Source of the DNA: Candidatus Moranbacteria bacterium RIFCSPHIGHO2_01_FULL_55_24
GTDB taxonomy: Bacteria; Patescibacteriota; Minisyncoccia; Moranbacterales; UBA1568
NCBI GenBank assembly: GCA_001786575.1
Contig: MFRW01000004.1
Location: 1 to 48,487, forward strand
DNA: 48,487 nt
Direction of reading: 5' to 3'
In this document: positions 34,891 through 44,984 of the stretch, one piece after another
Position numbering within the stretch: the first letter of the stretch is position 1
Layout: each line of letters begins with the position of its first letter
Notes under the pieces: model-generated
What the model was told of the DNA's origin: nothing
Databases searched by the model: none
The model's input: the letters and a program-made list of their open reading frames with translations, nothing else
Translations under genes and position numbers: made by a program

Positions 34891-35439
34891 TTAGAGAGAG
34901 GCTTTCGGGGATCCGCTTGCGGCATCGCGAGTGATACGCATGATCGTATCTTTCAGATGGAGCGGATCCGGCACCTGGCGGAAAATGAAGCGCCCGTTCT
35001 CTCCGGCGGTCTGCACATACAGGTCGCCGAAATTGAACATGGTCGGGACGATGCCTTCGACAGTAGTGGTGATGTCCTGCACCCGGCCATAGGTCAGCTC
35101 GCTTATGTGGCGGACGAAAAGGCCTTTCTGTTCGATATTCAGGATACGTTCATCCGTGATGATCCAGATATCGAAATAGTAGTCGATCCAGACGAGAAAC
35201 CCGTAGAGCCAGAGAAAGACGAAAAGCGTGTTCTGTAGGAAGATGAGGAACCGGAAGCGCTCGCCGGCGGTAATTTCCGGAAAGAGCAGAGGAATCAGAA
35301 ACAGGCTTCCCAGGAGGAAGAACGCCATCACGAACACGATAAAGAGGTGCGAAAGCAGGTTGAACCAGTGCCGATGGACGATACTCACTACGGTTTCCGT
35401 CTCACGCTGTCCTGGGAAATGGATTTTTTTCATATTCAT
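34891..35439 (-). CDS. Membrane protein with bacterial PH (bPH_2-like) domain
   Basis: Two TMs, then WIITDERI..IEQ.GLF and FGDL.VQTAG. Confidence 0.8.
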   Translation of the reverse strand: MNMKKIHFPGQRETETVVSIVHRHWFNLLSHLFIVFVMAFFLLGSLFLIPLLFPEITAGERFRFLIFLQNTLFVFLWLYGFLVWIDYYFDIWIITDERILNIEQKGLFVRHISELTYGRVQDITTTVEGIVPTMFNFGDLYVQTAGENGRFIFRQVPDPLHLKDTIMRITRDAASGSPKASL

Positions 35440-35449
35440 AGAAGAATAT

Positions 35450-35674
35450 TCAGAGCGAGGAGGTTTGCGGGAGCAGATCGCCCCAAGGAAGAGTGAAAAA
35501 GAGGATCGCGTTCGTGAAGAGGAGAACCGTGATGACGCCTAAGAAGAGGAGAAGCGCCGCGAAAGCGGTCTTCTTGTCGAGAGAATAGTGCGCGATGTGG
35601 TACACGATGAAAAGAGCCGTGAATACATAGCTCATGAAAAGGAGCGTATAGAGGAGTCCGAACAGCGCCTGCAT
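35450..35674 (-). CDS. Small two-TM hypothetical protein
   Basis: Hydrophobic 74-aa ORF in operon with ruvB; FIVYH motif. Confidence 0.7.
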   Translation of the reverse strand: MQALFGLLYTLLFMSYVFTALFIVYHIAHYSLDKKTAFAALLLFLGVITVLLFTNAILFFTLPWGDLLPQTSSL

Positions 35675-35700
35675 GCGGGTGTTTGTTTTCTTTTCCTATT

Positions 35701-36711
35701 CTACAACAATTTGTCCTGGTGGTCTTCCGGCATTTCCATCCCGAGATGCGAAAAGCCTTCCTTGGTGACGATGCGTCCGCGCGGGGTGCGCGCGAGAAAG
35801 CCGATCTGGATGAGGTAGGGCTCGTATACGTCTTCGATCGTCTGGATCTCTTCGCCGGTCACGGCAGCGAGCGACTGGACGCCGGCTGGCCCGCCTTTGA
35901 ATTTCTTTATGAGCGTTTCCAGGATATTGCGGTCAGTCGGTTCGAGGCCCAGGTAGTCGATTTCGTAGAGCGAGAGCGCTTCTTCTGCGACACCCTCGGT
36001 GATCGTGTCGGCATTCTGGATCTGGGCGAAGTCGCGCACGCGCTTTAAGATACGGTTCGCAACGCGGGGCGTCTGGCGGCTGGACCAGGCGATGCGCTTG
36101 GCGCCGGAATCATCCAGCCCGATCCCGAGGATCGAGGCGGAGCGCTTCACGATGCGCTCGATGTTTTCGGGCGTGTAGAATTCCAAGCGATGCGTCGATC
36201 CGAAACGGTTCCGTAGCGGATTGGAGAGCGATCCGAGGCGGGTGGTGGCGCCGATCAGGGTGAAACGCGGCAAGTCGAGCTGGATAGTGCGTGCTGCGGG
36301 CCCTTTGCCGATGATGATATCGAGCTTGTAGTCTTCCATCGCCGGGTACAGGACTTCCTCGATCAGCTTGTTCAAGCGGTGAATCTCGTCGATAAAGAGT
36401 ACATCGCCGTCATCGAGGTTCGTGAGGATGGAGCCGAGATCGCCGACTTTCTCGATAGCCGGGCCAGAAGTTACCTTTATATTCACGCCCATCTCTTTGG
36501 CGATGATGTGAGCGAGGGTGGTTTTGCCTAGACCGGCCGGCCCGTAGAGGAGCACGTGGTCGATCGTCTCTTTCCGCTTCTTGGCGGCCTGGATGAAGAT
36601 ATCGAGGTTCCGTTTGATCTTTTCCTGCCCGATATATTCGCCGAAACTCTGCGGCCGGAGGGTATTGTCGAGTGACTGCTCTTCAAAGCTCTGATTTTCG
36701 GTATTTATCAT
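35701..36711 (-). CDS. ruvB: Holliday junction branch-migration ATPase
   Basis: [23 protein letters not shown] and TPRGR motifs. Confidence 0.98.
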   Translation of the reverse strand: MINTENQSFEEQSLDNTLRPQSFGEYIGQEKIKRNLDIFIQAAKKRKETIDHVLLYGPAGLGKTTLAHIIAKEMGVNIKVTSGPAIEKVGDLGSILTNLDDGDVLFIDEIHRLNKLIEEVLYPAMEDYKLDIIIGKGPAARTIQLDLPRFTLIGATTRLGSLSNPLRNRFGSTHRLEFYTPENIERIVKRSASILGIGLDDSGAKRIAWSSRQTPRVANRILKRVRDFAQIQNADTITEGVAEEALSLYEIDYLGLEPTDRNILETLIKKFKGGPAGVQSLAAVTGEEIQTIEDVYEPYLIQIGFLARTPRGRIVTKEGFSHLGMEMPEDHQDKLL

Positions 36712-36769
36712 AAAAAAGGCTTAAACAAGGTAAAAATGTCCATTCAGTACCTTGCTATTGTACCACCTC

Positions 36770-36798
36770 TTGACAAAAAAACCAACCCGTGCTACTAT
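36770..36798 (+). promoter_or_regulatory. Strong sigma70 promoter driving a putative ncRNA
   Basis: TTGACA-17-TACTAT with TG extension. Confidence 0.8.
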
Positions 36799-36804
36799 CG
36801 AAAG

Positions 36805-37002
36805 TCGCTTCGTTACCAAATATCAGGTGAGAGCCTTTCACCTGTAGGCAATTTTTGGGGATATCTATCTTTTGTCCTCAAATTCGGGAATCGTTGTCCA
36901 GATCCGGGTAGGGTGGTTTCGCGCTGCGCTATTCCTCGACACTTTTCCTTTCCTCGGGCTCCTATGCCCGAGGATTTTGTCTGCAGTTGAAAGGTGAAGC
37001 GA
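36805..37002 (+). ncRNA. Putative structured non-coding RNA (unassigned; possibly a divergent 6S-like RNA)
   Basis: Lies between promoter and terminator; 5' and 3' ends pair; 18-bp helix 36834-36851/36977-36994 encloses three stem-loops; no credible ORF. Confidence 0.7.
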
Positions 37003-37007
37003 AAAGC

Positions 37008-37038
37008 AAAAGCCCCTCTTTCGAGAGGGGCTTTTTTT
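37008..37038. terminator. Bidirectional intrinsic terminator (ncRNA and pilB)
   Basis: AAAAGCCCCTCT-TTCG-AGAGGGGCTTTTTTT. Confidence 0.9.
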
Positions 37039-38797
37039 ATGCCTTTTTTTCAGGAAGAGGCGCTTCTCCCGGGCTATTTTCCAATATGTCATTATAGAGC
37101 GCCTCAAGCGCCTCATCGCGTCCGGTGTTGCGCCACACTTCTTCGAACGTGGTCCTGCCTTCGATCACCTTCAGGATGCCATCCTGGTTCATGGTGAGCA
37201 TGCCTTGCTCCCGCGCAGCTTTGCGGATCTCCTGTTCGGAGGCATATTCGTTTATCAGTTTCGCGATCCGGTCGCGGACCGGGAAGATTTCAAAAATCCC
37301 TTTGCGTCCGCGATAACCGCTAAAGTTGCACGAAGCGCAGCCGACGGGTTTATAGAGCACGGTGATTTCCGGGAGAACGACACCGGCTTCTTTGGGGATT
37401 GTCGCGAGGAGCTTCTTGAGAGCCTCTACGGTTTTGGTCGCGGGAGTATAGGCGGCTTTGCATTCCGGACAGAGGATGCGTACCAGACGCTGTCCGATGA
37501 AGAGATTCACCGCGCTTCCGATAAGCTGCGCCTTGATTCCGAGCTCACCTAAGCGGGTGATCGATGCGGGGGCGTCGTTCGTGTGAAGCGTCGTGAAGAC
37601 GAGATGGCCGGTCAAGGCGGCATTCACGGCTACTTCCGCGGTCTCGTCATCGCGGATCTCTCCTACGAGAATCACGTCGGGATCTTGGCGGACGATGGCG
37701 CGCAGAGCTTTCGCGAAATCATAATCCTGTCCCGGGGAGACTTCTGTCTGCACGACGCCGGGAATCGTGTACTCGATCGGATCTTCCACCGTGATGATCT
37801 TGATCTCCGGCGTATTGATGGCGCGGACCAGGCTATAGAGCGTCGTGGTCTTTCCCGAGCCGGTCGGGCCGGTGTTGATGATCATGCCGTGAGGCCTCTC
37901 TATCTGACGTTTGATTTCTTCATAAGCGCTGCCGTGCAGACCCAGTTCCTCGATCGGCACATTCGCATCCTCGCCGGTCAAGAGGCGCATATTGATCGTC
38001 TCGCCATGGCTCGAAGGGATCAGGTTGACGCGGATATCGATGCGTTTGTCGTTCTGCATGATGAAGAAGTGTCCGTCTTGCGAGCGCTCGCGGATGTTGA
38101 GCTTCATTTTTCCGAGCATCTTGATGCGCGAGAGGCCGAGGCGGTACATATCGCTCGGCAGATGGCCGATGTCTTCCAGGATGCCGTCGATGCGGTAGCG
38201 CAGCCGCGCGCCTTCTTCTTCCGGCTCGATATGGATGTCGCTCGCCCGGAGCTTCGCCGCGCCGGCGAGGATGATCTCGATCGCCCGGGAAGTCGGAACG
38301 GAATGGGCGGAATTCTTGAGGCTCAAAAGATCTCCGAAATCCGTTTCAAAGACGCGCAGATCTTCTCCGGAAAGGCTGATGCGCATCGAATCCAGATGTT
38401 CGATAAAGGGCTTTTTCGCGTATTCGGCCCACGCCTTTTCGAGAGAGGCGCTTGAGACGACGTAGGCTTTCGCTTCGAAGCCGTGTTCGGCGGCAAAGGC
38501 TTTGATGGCCGCGAGAGCCTCCGGGTTTTCCGGATCGGCGAGCGCGAAGCGGGCGATAGAATGTTCCTTCTGAAAAAGCGCTATCTGGAGCGAGCGAGCT
38601 TCGGTTTCTGGAAAGGTGCGTACGTCGTCGCCTTCCAAAGGAAAGACAGCAAGATCTATATAAGGAAGACCTGCTTTGTTCGCGAGCCGTAGCCCCGCTT
38701 CTTCGCGGGAAGTGGTTTCAAGTTTTTTCAAAACCTCCTCGGTTTTTCCTTCTTGGGATCCCGGAGTGAGGCTGGTGCGCTTGACGACTTTGACCAT
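37037..38797 (-). CDS. pilB: Type IV pilus assembly ATPase (PilB/GspE)
   Basis: ASDIHIEP, GPTGSGKTT, RQDPDVILVGEIRD, TGHLV..TLH and two CxxC pairs. Confidence 0.92.
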   Translation of the reverse strand: MVKVVKRTSLTPGSQEGKTEEVLKKLETTSREEAGLRLANKAGLPYIDLAVFPLEGDDVRTFPETEARSLQIALFQKEHSIARFALADPENPEALAAIKAFAAEHGFEAKAYVVSSASLEKAWAEYAKKPFIEHLDSMRISLSGEDLRVFETDFGDLLSLKNSAHSVPTSRAIEIILAGAAKLRASDIHIEPEEEGARLRYRIDGILEDIGHLPSDMYRLGLSRIKMLGKMKLNIRERSQDGHFFIMQNDKRIDIRVNLIPSSHGETINMRLLTGEDANVPIEELGLHGSAYEEIKRQIERPHGMIINTGPTGSGKTTTLYSLVRAINTPEIKIITVEDPIEYTIPGVVQTEVSPGQDYDFAKALRAIVRQDPDVILVGEIRDDETAEVAVNAALTGHLVFTTLHTNDAPASITRLGELGIKAQLIGSAVNLFIGQRLVRILCPECKAAYTPATKTVEALKKLLATIPKEAGVVLPEITVLYKPVGCASCNFSGYRGRKGIFEIFPVRDRIAKLINEYASEQEIRKAAREQGMLTMNQDGILKVIEGRTTFEEVWRNTGRDEALEALYNDILENSPGEAPLPEKKA

Positions 38798-38850
38798 AGA
38801 GATATTTTTCTCTATTGTAGCGCACCCTTTTGTTCTCGGCCAAGGAATTT

Positions 38851-39996
38851 TCAGGCGCGAGGCGTCTTCGGAGTCAATTTTTCGAAAAGAAGCGCCTCGG
38901 CTTTTTCCAAACTATCGGCAGGAAGCGACGCTATGAGCGTCTCGCCTTCGAGGTGCGCTTCGGGGAAAAGCGGGAGCGTAGAGCGCAGGAGTTCGCGCGA
39001 CTGGGCCTTGATGATCACGCGTACGGAAGCAGGAGTCTCGGGAGAAAGGAGGACAAAGAGCTGTCCGGAGGCATAGTTGCCCTTGATCTTCTCGAGGACG
39101 GCCGGCAGGTCATCGATGTGCGCACGCGCATGGACGAGGTCTTCGATCCCGACCAGCGACCAGATAAGGCGCAGTTCCTCGTTCCACTTCACTTGAGCCA
39201 TCGCCTTGCCCCAGAGCTTCAGGAGGTGGAGAGGCTGCGTCTTGTAGAGAGAGCGGACGATCTTCTGCTGGTCGGCGCCGTGCTGCATGAGGAGCGATGC
39301 GAGGTGCAGGGATTTCGGAGTCGTATTCTTTTTCTGGAAACTGTCCGTTGCGGTGATGATACCGGCAAGCAGGCTTTCGGCGACGCTTTCCGGGAGCGTT
39401 TCCGGAGCGAGGGAGAAGAAGATATCCGCGAGAATTTCTGCGGCGGAAGAGGCGGTGACGTCTACCAGGTTCAGCTGGCCGAAGAGCTCGTTATCGCTAT
39501 GGTTATCGATATTGATGATCGGCATCTCGTAGAAGATGTCCGCATTGTGCTCGAAGATGTTGCCGAGACGTTCCTTGTCGACCGCTCCGATGACGATAGC
39601 GAGGTCGAAGGTGAATTTCGCCGGAATGAAGGAGAAGTCGCGCGGATCGATGATGCCGTGTTCCGGAGTCAGGTAGATGCGGAGCTCTTCCGGGAGCGTC
39701 TCTGTCCGCACGTCGATGATCTTGTTGCGTTCAGTATTGAAAGAGAGGACGAAATCGCGCGCTCCGGTGATGGCGCCGCGCAGGTCGCGAGGATTGGCGA
39801 GAAAGGAAAGAGCCTCTTTGTCTTGGAGGAGGGTGTCTCCGGCGACGGTCACTTCTTTCTCTTTGGTTTCGAACCAGAGAGCGAGGGCGTAAGCGGTAGC
39901 GATGGCATCGGCCGAAGGGAAGGCTGGAAGCAGAACCAGCGGGCGTGAGGTCTTCTTGGAGAGTTCGTCAAACTGTTGGGCGGGCGTGAGGGACAT
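38851..39996 (-). CDS. Divergent DHH-family phosphoesterase-like protein
   Basis: PSADA, NIDNH (DHH variant) and ATDSFQ; lacks GGGH. Confidence 0.75.
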   Translation of the reverse strand: MSLTPAQQFDELSKKTSRPLVLLPAFPSADAIATAYALALWFETKEKEVTVAGDTLLQDKEALSFLANPRDLRGAITGARDFVLSFNTERNKIIDVRTETLPEELRIYLTPEHGIIDPRDFSFIPAKFTFDLAIVIGAVDKERLGNIFEHNADIFYEMPIINIDNHSDNELFGQLNLVDVTASSAAEILADIFFSLAPETLPESVAESLLAGIITATDSFQKKNTTPKSLHLASLLMQHGADQQKIVRSLYKTQPLHLLKLWGKAMAQVKWNEELRLIWSLVGIEDLVHARAHIDDLPAVLEKIKGNYASGQLFVLLSPETPASVRVIIKAQSRELLRSTLPLFPEAHLEGETLIASLPADSLEKAEALLFEKLTPKTPRA

Positions 39997-40117
39997 GGGG
40001 CAAGGGATTCAGAGGGATGTATTTGAAAGATAGTCAAAAGTAACAGATTGGAAGCAGGGTGTCAATTGCGGAAAAAAGCTCGCCAAAGGCGCTCACTCGC
40101 GCTACCATGGAGGCGCT

Positions 40118-40558
40118 ATGGAAAAAGAATTTTTTGCCAAAACGAAAGAAGAAACCCGGGATTTCGGCCGCAAGCTCGCTTTAGAGCTCGCTCCAGGGAC
40201 TTTCCTTGCCCTTTCCGGAGACCTCGGTGCCGGAAAGACCGCTTTGGCCCAGGGCATTCTGGAAGGTCTTGGCGCCAGCGGGCCTTATGTCAGTCCCACC
40301 TTCGTCATTATGAAAGAATACGCGCTTCCGGAACCGAGTCCGAAAGGAGTGAAGCGTGTCTACCATGCCGATGCATACCGGGTCGAAGCCAAGGATTTCG
40401 ATACGATCGGCTTTGCGGAATGGGGTTCTGATCCGGAGGGCTTGGTCATTCTCGAGTGGCCGGAACGTGTGAGCGCCCTTCTTCCCGCGGAACGCCTGAC
40501 CATAACCCTCTTGCACGAGCCCGATGCCGGAGAGGGAAGGCACATCAGCATCTCCTAG
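40118..40558 (+). CDS. tsaE: t6A biosynthesis ATPase
   Basis: GDLGAGKT, SPTF, H.D.YR and EWP motifs. Confidence 0.95.
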   Translation: MEKEFFAKTKEETRDFGRKLALELAPGTFLALSGDLGAGKTALAQGILEGLGASGPYVSPTFVIMKEYALPEPSPKGVKRVYHADAYRVEAKDFDTIGFAEWGSDPEGLVILEWPERVSALLPAERLTITLLHEPDAGEGRHISIS

Positions 40559-40568
40559 AAGGCGCTTT

Positions 40569-40597
40569 TTGCCTTTAAAAAGCCAAAGAAGTATACT
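40569..40597 (+). promoter_or_regulatory. polA promoter predicting a leaderless mRNA
   Basis: TTGCCT-17-TATACT; ATG begins 7 nt after the -10 box. Confidence 0.6.
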
Positions 40598-40603
40598 AAA
40601 GGC

Positions 40604-43228
40604 ATGGAAAGAAAGAAGAAAACCATCGTGCTTTTGGACGGAAATGCGCTTATCCATCGGGCGTACCATGCTTTGCCGCCGCTCACGACCAAGAAGGGCG
40701 AATTGGTGAACGCCGTCTACGGATTCACGACGACCCTCCTTTCCGTTCTGGAGAAATTCAAGCCGGAGTACATCGCTGCCTCCTTCGATCTGGCCGGCCC
40801 CACCTTCCGCCATGAGCAGTACGAAGACTACAAAGCCACCCGCGTCAAAGCGCCGGATGACCTGTATGCCCAGATCCCTCGGGTGAAGGAAATCGTCCAG
40901 GCCTTCAATATCCCTATTTACGAGAAGGAAGGCTTTGAGGCGGATGATTGCGTGGGGGCGCTCGCTCGCCAAGCTTCCAAAGAAGGTGCAGAAGTGATCA
41001 TCGTGACGGGTGACAATGACGTCCTTCAGCTGGTGGACGATTCTGTGAAGGTTTTCACGATGCGCAAGGGCATCAAAGACACCGTTCTCTACGACGAGGC
41101 GCTCGTCGAAGAGAAATACGGCTTCAAGCCGGAGCAGATTCCGGATTACAAAGGTCTGGCGGGGGACAGTTCGGACAATATCCCCGGCGTGCGCGGGATC
41201 GGACCGAAGACCGCAAGCGACCTTTTGAAGAAATACGTGACGCTCGAGGGCATCTACAGTCACATCGATGAGATAAAGAGCAACGTCCAGGCCAAGCTCA
41301 TCCAAGACAAAGAGCAGGTGTTTCTTTCGAGGGAATTAGGGAGGATCGACACGGCGGCACCGGTAACGCTCCGTTTGCCGGACGCGCTCGCGCATGACTT
41401 CGACCGAGCCAAGCTCACAGCACTTCTTCAGGAGATGGAATTCTGGAGCCTCGTGAAGCGCTTGCCTGGCGGAGAAGGCGCGCTTCCAGCTACTAAAAAG
41501 AAAGAAGCGAAGAAAAAAGCGCAGCAGAAACGCGCCAAAACATTGGCAGAACCGGAAGCGATACGGACCTTCCTTTCCGCAAACGAGGGAAAGCTTGCCG
41601 CGGTCTTCGTTACGGCTGAAACAGGATCGCTTTTCGGACATCGCCCGAGCGGTATCGACGTAGCCTTTTCCGAGAGGGGCTCGACCACTCTGGAATGGAA
41701 CGAGAAGACGAAGCCGGCCATCAAGGCGTTCTTGGAGGATGAAAAGATCGCCAAAACGGTGTATGACGAAAAGACCCTCCTCCACATGCTGGCGCCGGAA
41801 GAAACGGGCCTTGCCGGAATCTCATCCGATATCATGATAGCGGCCTATCTCTTGAATTCCGGAGGCAATGTAGAGCTCCCGTACCTCGCCCTCTCCGAAC
41901 TCGGGGAAGAAGAGATCGCGTTTCCCGCTGTCACGCTCTTCCGCCTCCACGAGCAGTTCGAAAAAAAGCTCCGCGACGTGAGCAAGACCCAGAAGAAGGG
42001 GCGGACGCTTGAGGACGTATTCCGCAATATCGAGATGCCGCTCATCCCCATTCTTTACGGGATGGAAAAAGAGGGCATCTATCTCAACACGGAGAAATTC
42101 CGCGCGCTTTCCGAAGAGCTCGGCAAAGAATTGGAAACCCTCGAGAAAGACATCTACAAGTTCGCCGGCAAGGAGTTCAATATCAATTCGCCCAAGCAGC
42201 TCTCGGAAATCCTCTTCACCGACCTCAAGATTCCGACCACGAATATCAAGAGAACCAAGACCGGAATCTCGACGGCTTCGAGCGAACTGGCGAAACTCCA
42301 GGAGTATCCGATTATCCAGAAGATCGAGAGCTATCGCGAACTTTTCAAATTGAAAACGACCTATCTCGATGCCTTGCCGCTCCTGGTCGATAAGGATTCG
42401 CGCCTCCATACGACATTCCAGCAGGCGGTCGCGGCGACTGGCCGGCTCTCTTCGACCGAGCCTAATCTCCAGAACATTCCTGCACGCAATTCCTGGAGCG
42501 AGCGCATCAGAAGCGCTTTCGAGGCGGGAAAGGGGAAAGTTCTCGTCGGAGCGGACTATTCGCAGATCGAGCTCCGCATTATGGCGCATATGTGCGGGGA
42601 CAAGGCGTTGGTGGAAGCGTTCCACAAGGGAGAGGATGTGCACCGGACGACCGCTGCCGTGGTATTCAAAGTGAAGCCGGAAGAAGTCACTCCTGATATG
42701 CGCCGCAAGGCCAAAGTGTTCAACTTCGGGCTCATGTACGGCATGGGATCCTACGGGCTGTCCCAAGCAGCAGAGATCACCCCGCAAGAAGCGGCAGAAT
42801 TCATCAACGCGTATTTCAAGAAGTTTTCCGGCGTGAAGAAATTCATGGAGCGCTTGAAGGAAGAGGCGCGCGAGAAACTTTTCGTCGAGACGGAGCTAGG
42901 ACGCCGCCGCTATATCCCGGAAATCCAAAGCGGCAATTTCCAAGTGGTGCGCTCCGCGGAACGCATGGCGATCAACATGCCGATCCAGGGCATGGAGGCG
43001 GACATCGTCAAGCTCGGTATGATCGCAGTCGACGCGCTCATCAAGGAACGCTTCTCGGAAAGCGTCCGCATGGTGCTCCAGGTGCATGACGAACTCATCT
43101 TCGAAGCGGAAGAAGCGGTGGGTGAGGAATTCGCCAAAGAAGTGAAGCGTGTTATGGAAGAGGTGTACACGCTCTCTGTGCCGCTCATCGCGGAAGTCTA
43201 CACCGGAAAGGACTGGGGAGAGATTTAA
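40604..43228 (+). CDS. polA: DNA polymerase I
   Basis: 5'-3' exonuclease (LLDG, EADD, GDSSDNIPG) and polymerase (DYSQIELR, QVHDE) motifs; proofreading domain appears degenerate. Confidence 0.98.
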   Translation: MERKKKTIVLLDGNALIHRAYHALPPLTTKKGELVNAVYGFTTTLLSVLEKFKPEYIAASFDLAGPTFRHEQYEDYKATRVKAPDDLYAQIPRVKEIVQAFNIPIYEKEGFEADDCVGALARQASKEGAEVIIVTGDNDVLQLVDDSVKVFTMRKGIKDTVLYDEALVEEKYGFKPEQIPDYKGLAGDSSDNIPGVRGIGPKTASDLLKKYVTLEGIYSHIDEIKSNVQAKLIQDKEQVFLSRELGRIDTAAPVTLRLPDALAHDFDRAKLTALLQEMEFWSLVKRLPGGEGALPATKKKEAKKKAQQKRAKTLAEPEAIRTFLSANEGKLAAVFVTAETGSLFGHRPSGIDVAFSERGSTTLEWNEKTKPAIKAFLEDEKIAKTVYDEKTLLHMLAPEETGLAGISSDIMIAAYLLNSGGNVELPYLALSELGEEEIAFPAVTLFRLHEQFEKKLRDVSKTQKKGRTLEDVFRNIEMPLIPILYGMEKEGIYLNTEKFRALSEELGKELETLEKDIYKFAGKEFNINSPKQLSEILFTDLKIPTTNIKRTKTGISTASSELAKLQEYPIIQKIESYRELFKLKTTYLDALPLLVDKDSRLHTTFQQAVAATGRLSSTEPNLQNIPARNSWSERIRSAFEAGKGKVLVGADYSQIELRIMAHMCGDKALVEAFHKGEDVHRTTAAVVFKVKPEEVTPDMRRKAKVFNFGLMYGMGSYGLSQAAEITPQEAAEFINAYFKKFSGVKKFMERLKEEAREKLFVETELGRRRYIPEIQSGNFQVVRSAERMAINMPIQGMEADIVKLGMIAVDALIKERFSESVRMVLQVHDELIFEAEEAVGEEFAKEVKRVMEEVYTLSVPLIAEVYTGKDWGEI

Positions 43229-43246
43229 TTGTTTTAAAGAAAAAAT

Positions 43247-44107
43247 ATGGGATTTGAAGATAATTTTCTGGCTGGGCTGGATAGAAAAAAGGAAAGCAAG
43301 GATTTCTTGCATCCGAATATCGAAAAGGCGCACAGAAGAACAGAGGAGATATTCAAGAAAGAGGCTATCCAATTGGATGAGTTCATCGATCCTTATCCTG
43401 AAGACCAGGTCAGTGCAGATAAGTCTAAGGCCGCGGATCTGAAAAAGAAATTTGAGACGAATGAACCTCATAAGAAATATGCAGATGTCATGGAAGGGGT
43501 AATCTATCGGCAGATAGGCAGAAGCGGATGGTTTGGAGAAAAAGCGCAGGCAATCAAAACTTCTCTCTATGATGATTACATCAACGGAATTGACCTGATG
43601 GTGGAGTTTGAAGAAGAATCCCGCGCCTTCCGACATTTGGGCTTGGCTATTGATGTGACATTCAGCGCGGATAGGAATTCAGGCACTCTCGATAAAAAAT
43701 TCGACCGCATTAAAAAAGAAATGGACGAAGGACATCTTGCTCAAGTAAAATATTTCAAGTCGAAGAATTCCCGTATGAAAGGGGTTTTCGAGAATCTGCC
43801 TCGGGTGGTGGTAGGGATGGAAAGGACTAAGGTGATGGAACTAGCCGCTATTTGGCTCAATGAGGACCGACATGCGGAATTTTTGAAACATCCAGCACAA
43901 AGAATGATTCTAGAGCAGGTCCTTGTTCAACTGATTGCTTTTTCGCGATATGCCAAAGAATGCGGCCATGATCATATAGCCAAAATCTTGAGTGATGAAA
44001 TCCCTCTTATCAAAGGTATCTTAGAAGAGAAGAATGATATTCATATGGGAGATATGAAATTCGACCAGGTCCATCGCGATATTATCAGCCGGGCGAACGG
44101 TTTCTGA
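43247..44107 (+). CDS. Hypothetical protein, possible PD-(D/E)xK-like nuclease fold
   Basis: DD..NGIDL.VE...LAIDVT and PRVVVG; AT-richer than its neighbours. Confidence 0.6.
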   Translation: MGFEDNFLAGLDRKKESKDFLHPNIEKAHRRTEEIFKKEAIQLDEFIDPYPEDQVSADKSKAADLKKKFETNEPHKKYADVMEGVIYRQIGRSGWFGEKAQAIKTSLYDDYINGIDLMVEFEEESRAFRHLGLAIDVTFSADRNSGTLDKKFDRIKKEMDEGHLAQVKYFKSKNSRMKGVFENLPRVVVGMERTKVMELAAIWLNEDRHAEFLKHPAQRMILEQVLVQLIAFSRYAKECGHDHIAKILSDEIPLIKGILEEKNDIHMGDMKFDQVHRDIISRANGF

Positions 44108-44120
44108 TACTGGTGAGAGT

Positions 44121-44972
44121 ATGCCTGAACTTCCAGAAGTACAGACGGTCGTCGTCCAACTCGACCGGAAAATCACCGGGAAAACCATCCGTTCCTTCTG
44201 GAGCGATTGGGGGAAGAAAATCTATTCTTCCAAGACGACCTTTGCGAAGAAGATCAAAGGTGCCGCTGTTCTCGGCGTGCGGCGTTTCGGCAAGCACATC
44301 GTGATCGATCTCGACAACGGCTACTCTATCGTCGCGCATCTCAAGATGACCGGGCACTTCCTGTACAAGACAGAGGAGAACCGCGATGACAAGGCGTTCA
44401 CAGAAGACCCGATAAACGGATACATCCATCACATCATCACGTTTTCCGACGGTGCGACGCTCGAGTTTTCCGATATGCGCAAGTTCGGCTGGCTGCGAGC
44501 GGTAGAGACCGGAGAAGCGGAAATGCTCTCCAGCATCATGACGCTGGGCATCGATGCGCTTTCTCCGAAGCTCACGCAGGATGTCTTCAAGGGACTGCTT
44601 CTGGCGAGGAGTTCCCGGCCGATCGGGGCGGTCCTCCTGGAACAGCACCTGATTGCCGGCATCGGGAATATTTATCGGAGCGAAGCGCTCTTTCTCGCGG
44701 GCATCCTTCCTATGCGCAGGATCGCGGATATCAAGCCGAGCGAATGGCCGAAAATCCTCCCGGCTATCAAGAAAGTCTTGCGCCATGCCGTAAGGCTCCA
44801 CGGGACGAGCGACGGCGATTTCCGTGATACGGATGGTCTGCCGGGACGCTTCCAGCGGACACTCTTCGTCTATCGCCGACAGGGAGAACCATGCAAGAAA
44901 TGTGGTACAATAATCGTACGTAAAAAAATGGGACAGCGGAGCGTCTTCTATTGCTCAAGCTGCCAAAAATAA
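44121..44972 (+). CDS. mutM: Formamidopyrimidine-DNA glycosylase
   Basis: PELPEV, HLKMTG, GIGNIY..E and a C-terminal zinc finger. Confidence 0.97.
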   Translation: MPELPEVQTVVVQLDRKITGKTIRSFWSDWGKKIYSSKTTFAKKIKGAAVLGVRRFGKHIVIDLDNGYSIVAHLKMTGHFLYKTEENRDDKAFTEDPINGYIHHIITFSDGATLEFSDMRKFGWLRAVETGEAEMLSSIMTLGIDALSPKLTQDVFKGLLLARSSRPIGAVLLEQHLIAGIGNIYRSEALFLAGILPMRRIADIKPSEWPKILPAIKKVLRHAVRLHGTSDGDFRDTDGLPGRFQRTLFVYRRQGEPCKKCGTIIVRKKMGQRSVFYCSSCQK

Positions 44973-44984
44973 CACTTTTACCAT

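Noticed and set aside
36736-37116. 84-aa and 83-aa ORFs in the ruvB-pilB gap
   Set aside because: They cross the promoter or terminator and have no protein-like features; RNA structure explains the region better
43214-44119. Target-site duplication around the gene between polA and mutM (GGGGAGAG vs GGTGAGAG)
   Set aside because: Too short and low in complexity to support
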